From contig CAVXVB010000009.1 in NCBI GenBank assembly GCA_963765205.1, forward strand, positions 1,120,001 to 1,184,000: a stretch of 64,000 nt of DNA, written 5' to 3'. This DNA comes from an uncultured Verrucomicrobiae bacterium. GTDB lineage: Bacteria > Verrucomicrobiota > Verrucomicrobiia > Opitutales > JABDGR01. Below, one piece after another: positions 1 to 9,617 of this stretch. The notes beneath the pieces were generated by a model that did not search any database, was not told where the DNA came from, and saw only the letters and a list, made by a program, of their open reading frames with translations. The position numbers and the translations under genes are program-made. Each line of letters starts with the position of its first letter. Position 1 is the stretch's first letter.

Positions 1-1248
1 TCAGTCTTCACCGCACTGCTCGTGGCGCGCGTGGCGGCGGACACCTTCCTCGACACCTTGAACCGCCGTTACGTGCGCGCCCACGCCGCCGCGCCGCCGG
101 AGGGCCTGCGCGCTGTGATGGATGACGCCACCTACCGGCGCGCAGTGGACTATACACTGGCCAAAAATTGGTTCGGCCAATGGCAGGGCTGGTATGAAGC
201 CGTCTGGCTCTTTGTCTGGCTCGGCTTGGGGTTGCTGCCGCCGGTTTATCATTTTCTCGCGGGGATTTTTGGCGCGTCGCTGTGGGGGCAGGCGGCGGCG
301 CTGTGCACGCTGGGCGTCATTTTGGCGCTGCCGGATTTGCCGTGGGGCTGGTGGGCGCAGTTCCGGCTCGAAGCGGGCTTTGGTTTCAATAAAAGCACTC
401 CCGCGCTATGGGTCGTGGATTTGTTGAAAGGCGCGGCGGTGGGCCTCGTGTTCGGCTATCCGCTGCTGTGCCTGGTGCTCTGGTTTTTCCATTGGCAGCC
501 GCAGTGGTGGTGGCTGTGGGCCTGGGCGGCGTTGATGATTTTCCAACTCATCATGGTCGCGCTGGCCCCGCGCCTGATCATGCCCCTGTTCAACAAATTG
601 ACGCCGATGCCGGAAGGCGAACTGCGCGAATGCCTGCTCGAACTGGCCCACCGCACCGGCTTCCGCTGCGCGGCGATTGACGTGATGGACGGCAGCAAGC
701 GCTCGACCCACTCGAACGCCTTCTTCACCGGCTTCGGGCGGTTCCGGCGCATCGTATTTTATGACACGCTTATTGCGCAACTTACCCAGCGCGAACTCGA
801 GGCCGTGCTCGCGCACGAAATCGGCCACTACCGGCGCGGGCATGTGCCCAAGATGTTCCTGCTTTCAGGCGTGGCCTCGCTCGTGGCGTTTGGGCTGCTG
901 GCCTGGTTGGCCGGGCAGGATTGGTTTTACACCGGCTTTCGTTTCCCGCCCTCCGCGGGGATGCCGGTGGCCCTGCTCTTGTTCGTGCTGGCCACCGGGC
1001 TGGTCACCTTCTGGCTGCATCCGCTCGGCAACGTGTGGTCGCGCCACCATGAATACGAGGCCGACGCCTTTGCCCGCGCCGCGCTGGGCGAGGCCGCGCC
1101 GCTCGTCACCGCCTTGCGCAAACTGCACGAGAAAAATCTCAGCAACCTGACTCCGCACCCAGCCTATTCCTTTTTTCACTATTCCCACCCCACACTCCTC
1201 GAGCGCGAGACCGCCCTGCGCGCGCCCGCGGCGTCCGCCGCCGCATGA
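1..1248 (+). CDS. M48 family (Ste24/HtpX-like) zinc metalloprotease; N-terminus probably starts before the window
   Basis: Multi-TM protein with NAFFTGFG, HEIGH zincin motif, EYEADAFA and YSHP motifs; the frame is open from base 1. Confidence 0.9.
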   Translation, partial: SVFTALLVARVAADTFLDTLNRRYVRAHAAAPPEGLRAVMDDATYRRAVDYTLAKNWFGQWQGWYEAVWLFVWLGLGLLPPVYHFLAGIFGASLWGQAAALCTLGVILALPDLPWGWWAQFRLEAGFGFNKSTPALWVVDLLKGAAVGLVFGYPLLCLVLWFFHWQPQWWWLWAWAALMIFQLIMVALAPRLIMPLFNKLTPMPEGELRECLLELAHRTGFRCAAIDVMDGSKRSTHSNAFFTGFGRFRRIVFYDTLIAQLTQRELEAVLAHEIGHYRRGHVPKMFLLSGVASLVAFGLLAWLAGQDWFYTGFRFPPSAGMPVALLLFVLATGLVTFWLHPLGNVWSRHHEYEADAFARAALGEAAPLVTALRKLHEKNLSNLTPHPAYSFFHYSHPTLLERETALRAPAASAAA

Positions 1249-2210
1249 ATCCGCCGCCGCCCGCCGCCCGCGCCTGCTCGCGCCGCCGGATTGTTTCGGC
1301 GGCGTGGTTCATGCTTTTAATTATAACTGCTTCCTGCTCCAAAAGCGCGCCACCCCCGCCTGCCCCGCCCGCCGTTGACTCCACCATCACGCTGCGTCTG
1401 GCAACCTATAACATCCGTAATTACAATTCAATTAATCGTCAAATTGACGGCGGATACAAACCCGACTGGCCCAAGCCCGAAGCCAAGAAAACCGCCCTGC
1501 GCGCCGTCATCCGCGCCGCCCATCCCGATATTCTGGCCCTCGAGGAAATGGGCCTGGAGCCGGAGCTGGAGGAACTGCGTCGCGACCTCGCCGCCGAAGG
1601 GCTGACCTACACCTACTCCGCGCTCGTCCACGGCCCGGACCCTGACCGCCACGTGGCCCTCCTCTCGCGTGTGCCGTTCGCGGCGGTGCATCCGCATGAA
1701 AGTATTTCCTATAAGAACGGTGGCGTGGAAAAAATGGTCAGCCGCGGCCTGCTCGAAGTGGACCTCGTTACCAATGGCCGGCCCTGGGCGCTCTACGTCG
1801 TGCATCTTAAAAGCCGCCTTGATACCGCCGGCGACCCGCAAAGCGCCACCCAGCGCGACGGCGAGGCCCGCGTGGTGCGCGACGTGGTGCGCCAGGAGCA
1901 GCCGCTGGCGACCGGCCTGGTGGCCGTGGTCGGCGATTTCAACGACGCGCGCGATTCGCCGCCGCTCAAGCGCTTTACCGAACTTGACGGAAAACCGCTG
2001 CTGACCATTTCGCCCGATGCCGACTCCCGCGGCGAAACCTGGTCCTCCGCCTACGCGCGCGCCGATGAATACGACCGCTCGGATTACATCCTCCTATCGC
2101 CCGCCCTCGTGCCGCTGCAAAAAGCTCCCGGTGGCATCGAGGACGTGCCCGAGAGCGAAACCGCCAGCGACCACCGCCTTATCTGGGTGGACCTGGTGTT
2201 TCCCAAGTAG
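1245..2210 (+). CDS. Endonuclease/exonuclease/phosphatase (EEP) family lipoprotein
   Basis: ATYNI, DILALEE, VGDFND, DYIL and SDH motifs; lipobox-like TASC. Confidence 0.85.
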   Translation: MNPPPPAARACSRRRIVSAAWFMLLIITASCSKSAPPPPAPPAVDSTITLRLATYNIRNYNSINRQIDGGYKPDWPKPEAKKTALRAVIRAAHPDILALEEMGLEPELEELRRDLAAEGLTYTYSALVHGPDPDRHVALLSRVPFAAVHPHESISYKNGGVEKMVSRGLLEVDLVTNGRPWALYVVHLKSRLDTAGDPQSATQRDGEARVVRDVVRQEQPLATGLVAVVGDFNDARDSPPLKRFTELDGKPLLTISPDADSRGETWSSAYARADEYDRSDYILLSPALVPLQKAPGGIEDVPESETASDHRLIWVDLVFPK

Positions 2211-2289
2211 TGTGAAGTGTGGAATTTAACGGGTGGAGTTGGAGTAATTTTCCTTTAGATGGTCGCAAGCCATGGGCGCAGCGTCATTT

Positions 2290-2434
2290 TAGAACCTATC
2301 TCAAATTCGATTATATGCAGAAATTTGACCCATTTTTATGGATCCTGGAAAGCGGCTTCCCTCTAGCGCGCTATCCGAGGTTGGTAGAAAATGGGTAGAT
2401 TTTTGCTTGTTCGTCGAATTTGAGATAGGTTCTA
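2290..2434. mobile_element. MITE-like non-autonomous element, about 141 bp, with IS5-like ends
   Basis: Perfect 19-bp terminal inverted repeats GAACCTATCTCAAATTCGA (2292-2310 / 2414-2432) flanked by TA on both sides; no ORF. Confidence 0.7.
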
Positions 2435-2512
2435 GTGTATATGCGCGCGGTTCCGTTTTGCCTTTGTTTTCTTTTTTTTAATTCTTTATTCTTAATTCCG
2501 CCCTTTCTTCCC

Positions 2513-4036
2513 GTGCCCACCGCCAACACCGCCGACGAATTCCTTGCCCTGGCCGCCGAATATCAGTTGGGCGCGCTAGACACCGAGGGTTTCCATCCGC
2601 TGACAGCGCATTTGTCCGACCAAGCGCGGCGGGATTTGCCGGCGGCGTTGCGGGCGCTGCAAGCCGTGGACGTGCTGGCGCTGGAGAAATCTCGGGAAAA
2701 GGCCACGGGCGTCGCGGAACTGGCGGAGGCGGTGGCCGCGACTTTCGCGGCAGGCCGACGGGTTTTCCTCTGCGGCTGCGGCGCGACAGGGCGCCTGTCA
2801 CTCACGGCCGAATGGCTGGGCCGCGCCGGGATGCTGCCCGCCAAATTGGCGGCGCGCGTCATCGGGTTCATGGCTGGGGGCGACGCGGCGCTCATCCGCT
2901 CGATTGAGAATTTCGAGGACTTTCCCGACTATGGTGCGCGCCAGCTTGACGAGCTGGGCTTTAGCGGGGGTGATCTGCTGATCGCCGCGACCGAGGGGGG
3001 CGAGACGCCGTGGGTCATCGGCGCCGCCGAGCGCGCGGCCGCGGTTTCGGGCCACGCGCCGTGGTTCCTGTATTGCAACCCGGACGCGCAACTGCGGCGC
3101 GTGGCCGCACGCTCGCGCCGGGTGCTGGACGACGCGCGCATTCGCAAGCTCAACCTTCACGTCGGGCCGATGGCACTGGCCGGGAGCACGCGGATGCAGG
3201 CCAGCACGGTACTGCTCGCTGCCGTGGGCCTCGCGCTGAAACACCACCGCGATCCCGAAAAAATCCCTGCCGCCCTCGCGGCGTTTTTGGAATTCACGCG
3301 CGCCGCCGATTTTGCCGCGCTCGCCCCGCTGACCGCCGCCGAGGCAGATATTTATAAAGATAACCGGCTCACGCTCTACCGCACGCGCTCCGCCGGACTG
3401 ACGACGCTGACCGACACCACCGAGCGCGCGCCGACGTTCAGCCTCGCCGCGTTTGAAAACACCCTGGCCCCGGCCCAGCCCGCCAGCCTGACCTACCTGC
3501 ACCGGCCCGGCGCGCGCGACGCCCCCACCGCCTGGCGCGCGCTGCTGCGGCGCGAACCGCGCACGCTCGAATGGTCTGGCCTCGAAAAACTCACCGCGCG
3601 CGCGTGGCTCGAGGGCTACGATTTTTCCGACCGGGTTTTGACGCGGCGCGCGACCACGGCGATCGTGGAGGTGGAAGTCGGACTCGAGGCCATCAGCCTG
3701 CGGCTGGGGGAAATCAAGTCCGTCTTTCCCCGTCCCACCGGCGGCCAGCTCACCGCGCATTTGTTTTTGAAGCTATTGCTCAACGCGCACTCGACCGCCG
3801 TCATGGCCCGGCTGGGCCGCTGCCAGGGCAATCTGATGACCTATGTGCGCCCGAGCAATCTGAAGCTGATTGACCGAACGGTGCGCTATGCGCGGCATTT
3901 GTGGAAGCAGGAAACCGGGCGGGAGATTGCCTACGAAACCGCGGTGCGCGCGCTCTTCGCCATCCGCCCCACCCTCGCACCCGACGAGCCGGCCGTGCTG
4001 CGCGTGCTGGAGTATTTGCGGGCGAATACGAAGTGA
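2513..4036 (+). CDS. SIS-domain protein, long MurQ/glucokinase-regulator-like
   Basis: CGCGATGRLS, IENFED, GSTRMQAS and GNLMTYVRPSNLKL resemble MurQ motifs; GTG start chosen. Confidence 0.7.
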   Translation: MPTANTADEFLALAAEYQLGALDTEGFHPLTAHLSDQARRDLPAALRALQAVDVLALEKSREKATGVAELAEAVAATFAAGRRVFLCGCGATGRLSLTAEWLGRAGMLPAKLAARVIGFMAGGDAALIRSIENFEDFPDYGARQLDELGFSGGDLLIAATEGGETPWVIGAAERAAAVSGHAPWFLYCNPDAQLRRVAARSRRVLDDARIRKLNLHVGPMALAGSTRMQASTVLLAAVGLALKHHRDPEKIPAALAAFLEFTRAADFAALAPLTAAEADIYKDNRLTLYRTRSAGLTTLTDTTERAPTFSLAAFENTLAPAQPASLTYLHRPGARDAPTAWRALLRREPRTLEWSGLEKLTARAWLEGYDFSDRVLTRRATTAIVEVEVGLEAISLRLGEIKSVFPRPTGGQLTAHLFLKLLLNAHSTAVMARLGRCQGNLMTYVRPSNLKLIDRTVRYARHLWKQETGREIAYETAVRALFAIRPTLAPDEPAVLRVLEYLRANTK

Positions 4037-4039
4037 AAT

Positions 4040-5491
4040 TTAATCCCGCCCGCCCGCGCCGAGGACGTGGACGTTGGCCATGGTAATGCCGCTGAGTATT
4101 GCGCCGGTGATGCCCAGAAAGCCCTGGTCGGTGCCGCACAGGAACAGATTCGCCAGGTGCGTGCGCCCGTCACGCACTTTGCGCGAGGCGCCGTAAATCG
4201 CGCCCGCGAGGTGCCCGGTGAAATGCAGCACCGTGCGGGGCGTGAACATATCCGTCGCCAGTGTGCGCACGGGCAGGGTTTCCGGGTTTTTTCCTCCGAG
4301 AAATTTCCGCGCCTCGGTTTGGAGAAGGTCGAACCAGCGTTTTTTTTCAGCGGCGTAGGCCTCCGCGTCGGGCGCGAGTTGCATCCACTGGTCGAAATTG
4401 GCCTGCGCGGTCACGCGCAGAATCCCCTCGGGCAACTGGCGGCCGCCGCTGTAGTGATAATTGTTGGGCACGCAAATCACGCCGCTGCGCGGGTCCACCA
4501 GATCGTCGGGCCGCGCGTAATGCAGGCGCTCGGCGTCGTTGAAGAAAATGATCGTCTCGTCCCAGCCGAATTCGCGCGGCTGGCGGTCGAACAGTGTGAT
4601 GGTCTCGACAAATGAAAGGCGACCAATGGATTGTGTTTCGATTTGTGTCGGCTGGTCGTCGCACAGCCGCAGCGTTTCGACGAGGCCCGCGCTCGAAATG
4701 ATTTTGTCGGCGGTGAGCATATGGCCGTCGTCCAAGACGATTTCCGCGACGCGCCCGGCGCGCGCGCGCAATTGCGCGACGCCGCACTTCATGCAGCGCT
4801 CGCCGCCCAGCGCGCGGTATTTATCGGTGAGCGCGCGGAGGACGCGGCGCACACCCTCGAAGGGCCGCGCAAAGCCCTCGAAGTAAAGCGCCTGCCACAT
4901 GATGCAAAACTGCGGCCACTCCATGTCGTGCTCCTGCGCGCTGCCGTAATACATCAGCGGCAGCAAGAGCATGTCGGCCAGCACGGGGTCGCGCAGAAAT
5001 TCGCCGAGGACGGCGCGGGCGGAGCGCGGCGCGGCGTCGAGCGCAACCGCTTCCGCCGCGGCGGCACGCATAGCGGTGGCGAGGCGGCGAAAGTCGTCAA
5101 TTTCGGACGGAAAGGCGCGGGCGACTTCGCTTTCGAGCACGGCGAAATCGTTGGTGAAGCGCAGGCTCTCGCCCGGCCAGGCGATGCGCGAGCCGCGCTG
5201 CTCGGCGAGGTCGAAGTCCTCGCGTGTGAGGCGGAGCTGGCGGAAAACCTTGGTCAGCGGCGCGCCCTTGGCGCGGGGGCCGGGGGGCACGAAGTTCGTC
5301 ATCGCGTGCAGGCCCACGTCGTGCTTGTGCCCGTCCTTGAAATAAAAGCTGTTCAGGCCGCCCGGTGCGTTGTGGCGTTCGAGGATGACGACTTTTTTCT
5401 CGAAGAGCGCCAGCCGGATGCCCGCGGCGAGGCCGGACATGCCCGCGCCGATGATGACGGCGTCGTAGTGCGAATGGGCGGGCATGGCCAT
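4040..5491 (-). CDS. Phytoene-desaturase-like FAD-dependent oxidoreductase
   Basis: N-terminal IIGAGMSGLAAG, ERHNAPGGL, TPRT...GAIYG and C-terminal GITGAILSG. Confidence 0.85.
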   Translation of the reverse strand: MAMPAHSHYDAVIIGAGMSGLAAGIRLALFEKKVVILERHNAPGGLNSFYFKDGHKHDVGLHAMTNFVPPGPRAKGAPLTKVFRQLRLTREDFDLAEQRGSRIAWPGESLRFTNDFAVLESEVARAFPSEIDDFRRLATAMRAAAAEAVALDAAPRSARAVLGEFLRDPVLADMLLLPLMYYGSAQEHDMEWPQFCIMWQALYFEGFARPFEGVRRVLRALTDKYRALGGERCMKCGVAQLRARAGRVAEIVLDDGHMLTADKIISSAGLVETLRLCDDQPTQIETQSIGRLSFVETITLFDRQPREFGWDETIIFFNDAERLHYARPDDLVDPRSGVICVPNNYHYSGGRQLPEGILRVTAQANFDQWMQLAPDAEAYAAEKKRWFDLLQTEARKFLGGKNPETLPVRTLATDMFTPRTVLHFTGHLAGAIYGASRKVRDGRTHLANLFLCGTDQGFLGITGAILSGITMANVHVLGAGGRD

Positions 5492-5582
5492 GGAAGTAGC
5501 GCGGAGCGGGGAGCGCGGAGTGCGGGAGAGAGATGTATAAACGCTCAACACTTAACGCTCAACATTCAACGTTCAACCTGGC

Positions 5583-6326
5583 CTAAGCGCAGGCGCAGGC
5601 CATGCTCGGCAACTCTGGCGCCAAATGCCAGGTGTGCGCCACATCGCGCATGATTAGTGTGTGGTCGTAAATCACGCTGTTTTCCGGAAAAATTTTCCGT
5701 TCACTGAAAAAACTCGAATACACTTCACCCACAGCCAGAGGGGATACACACCACCCAGTCGTTTCCAGCCGCAGGCCGTCCAGGCGGCCCACGTCACGTG
5801 TGACCGAATAACCGACGGAGCCGCCCTCGAAAAACGCCGACGCTGCGGCGAGGGACTTGAAACACGAATCGTTGGGCAGATCCGCCACCTGCCGTCCCAC
5901 CACATGAACCTGCACAGTGCGGTCGTTCGACTCCATTCGAAAATCAAATGCCTGGCCGTCGTCCCGAACCTCTAACCGGGCGGGATGATGCTCACCGGGG
6001 AAAATGCGCCCGCCCGCCAGGCGGTTCAGAGACGATCCCGTGTCGCGCCGGGGAATGTAGACGCCTTCCTTGGTCGCACCGCTTGCGTCCGTCCATTCGA
6101 CGGAAATGCGATGAGCCGCGTTCTCGCTCGAGATGCCCAGAAAACCGGGAAATGCTGCCGGACGGATTTGCTCCAGCCGAATAAGGCAGACCCCGACCAC
6201 CGCATAATCGTGGAAAAGTTTGGGACGGAATGGCGAGGGCAGGAAGCGTTGGACAACTTCAGGATCGGCGCGGAAATTAACCAGCAGCCGCCGTTTGATC
6301 TTACCCGCAAGGACAGGAATACGCAT
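5583..6326 (-). CDS. DUF2071-like protein
   Basis: RRLLVNFRADP...GVCLIRLEQIRP...SENAAHRI pattern. Confidence 0.7.
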   Translation of the reverse strand: MRIPVLAGKIKRRLLVNFRADPEVVQRFLPSPFRPKLFHDYAVVGVCLIRLEQIRPAAFPGFLGISSENAAHRISVEWTDASGATKEGVYIPRRDTGSSLNRLAGGRIFPGEHHPARLEVRDDGQAFDFRMESNDRTVQVHVVGRQVADLPNDSCFKSLAAASAFFEGGSVGYSVTRDVGRLDGLRLETTGWCVSPLAVGEVYSSFFSERKIFPENSVIYDHTLIMRDVAHTWHLAPELPSMACACA

Positions 6327-6445
6327 GGTGGAACAACGCAGCAAATCCAAACTAGCCTACCGCACCCAAGACACAACCATGAATTGGGTATCAGCGGCAG
6401 GGAAAAATTTTCACGTCGCGCTAAGTTGCCTTTACATTCAAACTT

Positions 6446-6838
6446 TCACGCCACATTCGGCAACTTCACCGGATTGCGCTGGTGGATGCAGATTTTGCCG
6501 CCGTCGGGGTCGCAGATGATGGCCATGCGGCAGACGGGAGTGTGCGTCGGCTCGATGGCGAATTTCACCTCGGCGGCTTTGAGTTCCGCGATGGCCTGGT
6601 CAAAGTCGGCGACTTCGAGGGCCACGGCGCCGCCGCCCGGCCCGGGCTTCCAGTCGTCGCCGTCGGCCATGTTGGTGATGGCGAGTGTGTGCGGGCCGAG
6701 TTCGTATTCGATCCAACCCTTGGCGCCGTCCACCCAGGTCTTGGCGGGCTGGAAGCCGAGGATTTTCTCATAAAAATTCCGCGCCCGCGGCAAGTCGGTC
6801 ACGGAATAGCAAACGAAGGCGAATTCGAGGATTTGCAT
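6446..6838 (-). CDS. VOC/glyoxalase family protein
   Basis: VTDLPRARNFYEKILG and DPDGGKI motifs. Confidence 0.85.
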   Translation of the reverse strand: MQILEFAFVCYSVTDLPRARNFYEKILGFQPAKTWVDGAKGWIEYELGPHTLAITNMADGDDWKPGPGGGAVALEVADFDQAIAELKAAEVKFAIEPTHTPVCRMAIICDPDGGKICIHQRNPVKLPNVA

Positions 6839-6967
6839 GGGGCAGAGGGTGAAGTTTGGAACGTGGACAGCGGAGTACGGAATGTAAAACACAAAATGTG
6901 AAATGCAAAATGCGGACGCGAACGTGGGTAGAGATTTGATATTCCGCGCCTAACACTCAATCAAAAA

Positions 6968-6991
6968 GCGCGGGCTGAAGCACCACGCTAC
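6968..6991 (-). repeat. GTAG-type REP, single copy
   Basis: GTAGCGTGGTGCTTCAGCCCGCGC on the minus strand; near-identical to the pair at 23971-24042. Confidence 0.7.
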
Positions 6992-6992
6992 G

Positions 6993-7232
6993 TCATTCCC
7001 GGCCTGCGCGCTTGGCGGCGTCAATTTCTTCGGGCGTAGTCGTGAATTTTTGGGAATCGCGAAGTCTCTTTGCCCTAAGCCTGATCGCCTCCGGCGTTTT
7101 GGCTTCGGCCCCATAGGCCTCCTCAAATATGATAAGAATCTCGCTGTTGAGACTACGCCGGTTTTTTGCCGCGCGGCGCTTCAATGCACGGTGCAAAGAG
7201 GAAGGAACGCCTTTGAGAGTAATGGTTGCCAT
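6993..7232 (-). CDS. Arc/FitA-like ribbon-helix-helix protein (antitoxin-like)
   Basis: MATITLKGVPSSLHRALKRRAAKNRRSLNSEI. Confidence 0.8.
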   Translation of the reverse strand: MATITLKGVPSSLHRALKRRAAKNRRSLNSEILIIFEEAYGAEAKTPEAIRLRAKRLRDSQKFTTTPEEIDAAKRAGRE

Positions 7233-7291
7233 AGTGGAACCATAATGGAACCGTTTTGGTTGTCAACGATTTTTGATGTAAAGCCAGAATC

Positions 7292-7801
7292 CTACTTTTT
7301 CCAATTAATTTTGTGAACGTGTTGAATTAAAATCTGCTCGAAGCCCTGCATCTGCTCGGTGTCCTCGAATACCCGCTTAGGAATCACTGTAAAATTACGT
7401 TCACCATAGTAAAGAATGTAAGACCGAGGATCCACAATCGCCCGTGTATACATGCTCCATTGGAGATGTGAGTCAATGCCCTTGGTGCGGAAGTGAATGT
7501 CGTCAGATGAGAACGTAAGGGCATAGTCATCTCGAAATTTTAGTTCACGGCGGAAAAGCCATCGTGGTAAAATGAAAAAGGCCGCAAACAGGAGAAATGT
7601 AAACAATCCCGATCCTATTAAACTGAATACTCCCAACCAATGCAGTGTCGGCTCGAACAAACAATAACTCCCGAATGCGACTAACGCCATGACAACAAAA
7701 ATATCCATCCGGAGGCGCAAGATGGATGCATAATGTGAGCGTAGAGCACATACATAATCAGCCTCCGTGTAACGAAACGAAAGACTGATTGTTTGATTCA
7801 C
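7292..7801 (-). CDS. YcxB-like membrane protein (AT-rich)
   Basis: Two TM segments and C-terminal FTVIPKRVF. Confidence 0.75.
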   Translation of the reverse strand: MNQTISLSFRYTEADYVCALRSHYASILRLRMDIFVVMALVAFGSYCLFEPTLHWLGVFSLIGSGLFTFLLFAAFFILPRWLFRRELKFRDDYALTFSSDDIHFRTKGIDSHLQWSMYTRAIVDPRSYILYYGERNFTVIPKRVFEDTEQMQGFEQILIQHVHKINWKK

Positions 7802-7848
7802 AAGTTTATCCTCCGTGTTAAAAAATTTTCACGGGTGTCAAACAAATC

Positions 7849-8113
7849 TCACTTCCCAAACTTCGGCAGCAAATACTCCGCGCAGCTATCGAGGGTGGCC
7901 AGCTTGGGGTAATCGGCTTCGGGGACTTCGATGCCGTATTTTTTGCGGAGTTCCATGACGATGTCGAGGAAGTCCATCGAGTCGAGTTCGAGCTGCTCGC
8001 GCAGGCGGACCTCGGGCTTGATGTTGTTCAAGTCCTCGTCGGGCGCGATGTCGGCGATGATCGCCAGGACAATTTTTTTGAACGTCGTCGGCAGTGGTGG
8101 CGGTGGCGGGCAT
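7849..8113 (-). CDS. Acyl carrier protein, with an apparent 1-bp frameshift in the homopolymer at 8073-8079
   Basis: LELDSMDFLDIV phosphopantetheine site; removing one base joins MPATATTADDVQK to IVLAIIADIAPDEDL. Confidence 0.85.
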
Positions 8114-8280
8114 GGGTTTAGAGAAGTACTCAGCGTTTGGGTGCCAGGAAAGTGAATCGGCGCCTCGGATGACGGGCGGGCCGGCAGGCGGCTCTACTTC
8201 TTTTTCTTGGCGCTCTTCTTGGCGCTCGTTTTGGAGCTGGTTTTGCTGTGCTTGCTGGATTTTTTGGTAGCCATAAATGG

Positions 8281-9570
8281 TTAGGGAAAGGAGGTGACGA
8301 CGACGGCGGAGTTGATGCCGAGCATGCCGAAGGAATTGTTGAGGATGGCGCGCACGCGGGGGACGGCCCGCGGCTGGCCAACCACCAGATTATGCAATTC
8401 GCACGCGGGGTCAAGGTTATCCAAGTTTATTGTTGGATGAACCAAGCCGTCGGCAAAGGTGGGCAAATTGCCGGCGAGTTCGAGCGCGCCGGCCGCGCCC
8501 ATGGCGTGGCCGATGAAGCTTTTGGTGTTGTTGAAATAAGTGTCCGCGCACGCTTCAAAGACGCGGCGCAGCGCGGCGCATTCCTGCGCGTCGCCCTGGT
8601 GCGTGGCGGTGGCGTGGGTCGAGACAAGGCCGATGTCCGCGGGGGCGAGACCACTGCGCGCGATGGCGGCGGCCATGCACTCGGCCTGGCGGTCGGGGTT
8701 GGGCAGCACGGCGTCGGTGGCGTCGGAGTTCATCTGGTAGCCGGCGATTTCACAAATAATGCGCGCGCCGCGGGCGAGGGCGTCGCTCAGGCGTTCGACG
8801 ACGTAGAGCGCGCCGCCCTCGGAGATGACGATGCCGTTGCGGTCGCGGTCGAAGGGGCGCGAGGCTTTGTTGGGATCGTCGTGGTGGGCGAGCGCGCCCT
8901 GGGCCTTGAACGCGGCGAAGATGCCGAAGGTGTGGATGCTTTCGCTGACGCCGCCGGCGAGGGCGACGTCCACCTCGCCGAGGCGCAGCATCTGCGCGGC
9001 CTGGATGAGGCCGGCGTTCCCGGCGGCGCAGGCGGCGCCGATGGTGTAATGCGGGCCGGTGAGGCCGAGATTGATGGTCACTTCACCCGCGGGGTTGTTG
9101 GCAACGGTGCGGGGGTTGTGGTGGTGCGTCCAATATTTCGTGTCGTAGTTGAACTGCGAGATGTTATAAATTTCGTTCTCGGTCTCGACGTTGCCGTGCT
9201 CGGTGATGCCGATATAAACACCGGCGCGGGCGCAGTCGAGCCGCGCGAGGTCGAGTCCGGCGTCGGCGAGGGCTTCGCGCGCGCAATAAATGGCGATGCT
9301 GCCGGCGCGGGTGCCGTTGCGGACCTCTTTGCGCTTCTGGTATTTCAGCGCGTCGTAATTGCAGGCCCCGGCGAGGATTTCGCCCATGTAGCGGATGGGC
9401 AGGCGCTGGATATTCGGCCGGCCGGCGAGGAGGTTGGCGCGGAATTCGGCGAGCGTGTTGCCGTTGGGCGCAGTGAGGCCGAGGCCGGTGACAACGATGC
9501 GTTCGGCGGCGTTTTTGGGCCGCACGCGCAGGCGCGGGGCGGCGGAGGAAGAACTGGCGGAAGAAGACAC
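8281..9570 (-). CDS. Beta-ketoacyl-ACP synthase (FabF/FabB family)
   Basis: AACAAG catalytic Cys, THATAT, KSFIGHAMGAAG and NSFGMLG. Confidence 0.92.
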   Translation of the reverse strand: MSSSASSSSAAPRLRVRPKNAAERIVVTGLGLTAPNGNTLAEFRANLLAGRPNIQRLPIRYMGEILAGACNYDALKYQKRKEVRNGTRAGSIAIYCAREALADAGLDLARLDCARAGVYIGITEHGNVETENEIYNISQFNYDTKYWTHHHNPRTVANNPAGEVTINLGLTGPHYTIGAACAAGNAGLIQAAQMLRLGEVDVALAGGVSESIHTFGIFAAFKAQGALAHHDDPNKASRPFDRDRNGIVISEGGALYVVERLSDALARGARIICEIAGYQMNSDATDAVLPNPDRQAECMAAAIARSGLAPADIGLVSTHATATHQGDAQECAALRRVFEACADTYFNNTKSFIGHAMGAAGALELAGNLPTFADGLVHPTINLDNLDPACELHNLVVGQPRAVPRVRAILNNSFGMLGINSAVVVTSFP

Positions 9571-9617
9571 AGGGAAACGACCTTTTTAGCAGAATGCGCC
9601 GCGCGGGGAAGCCTTTT

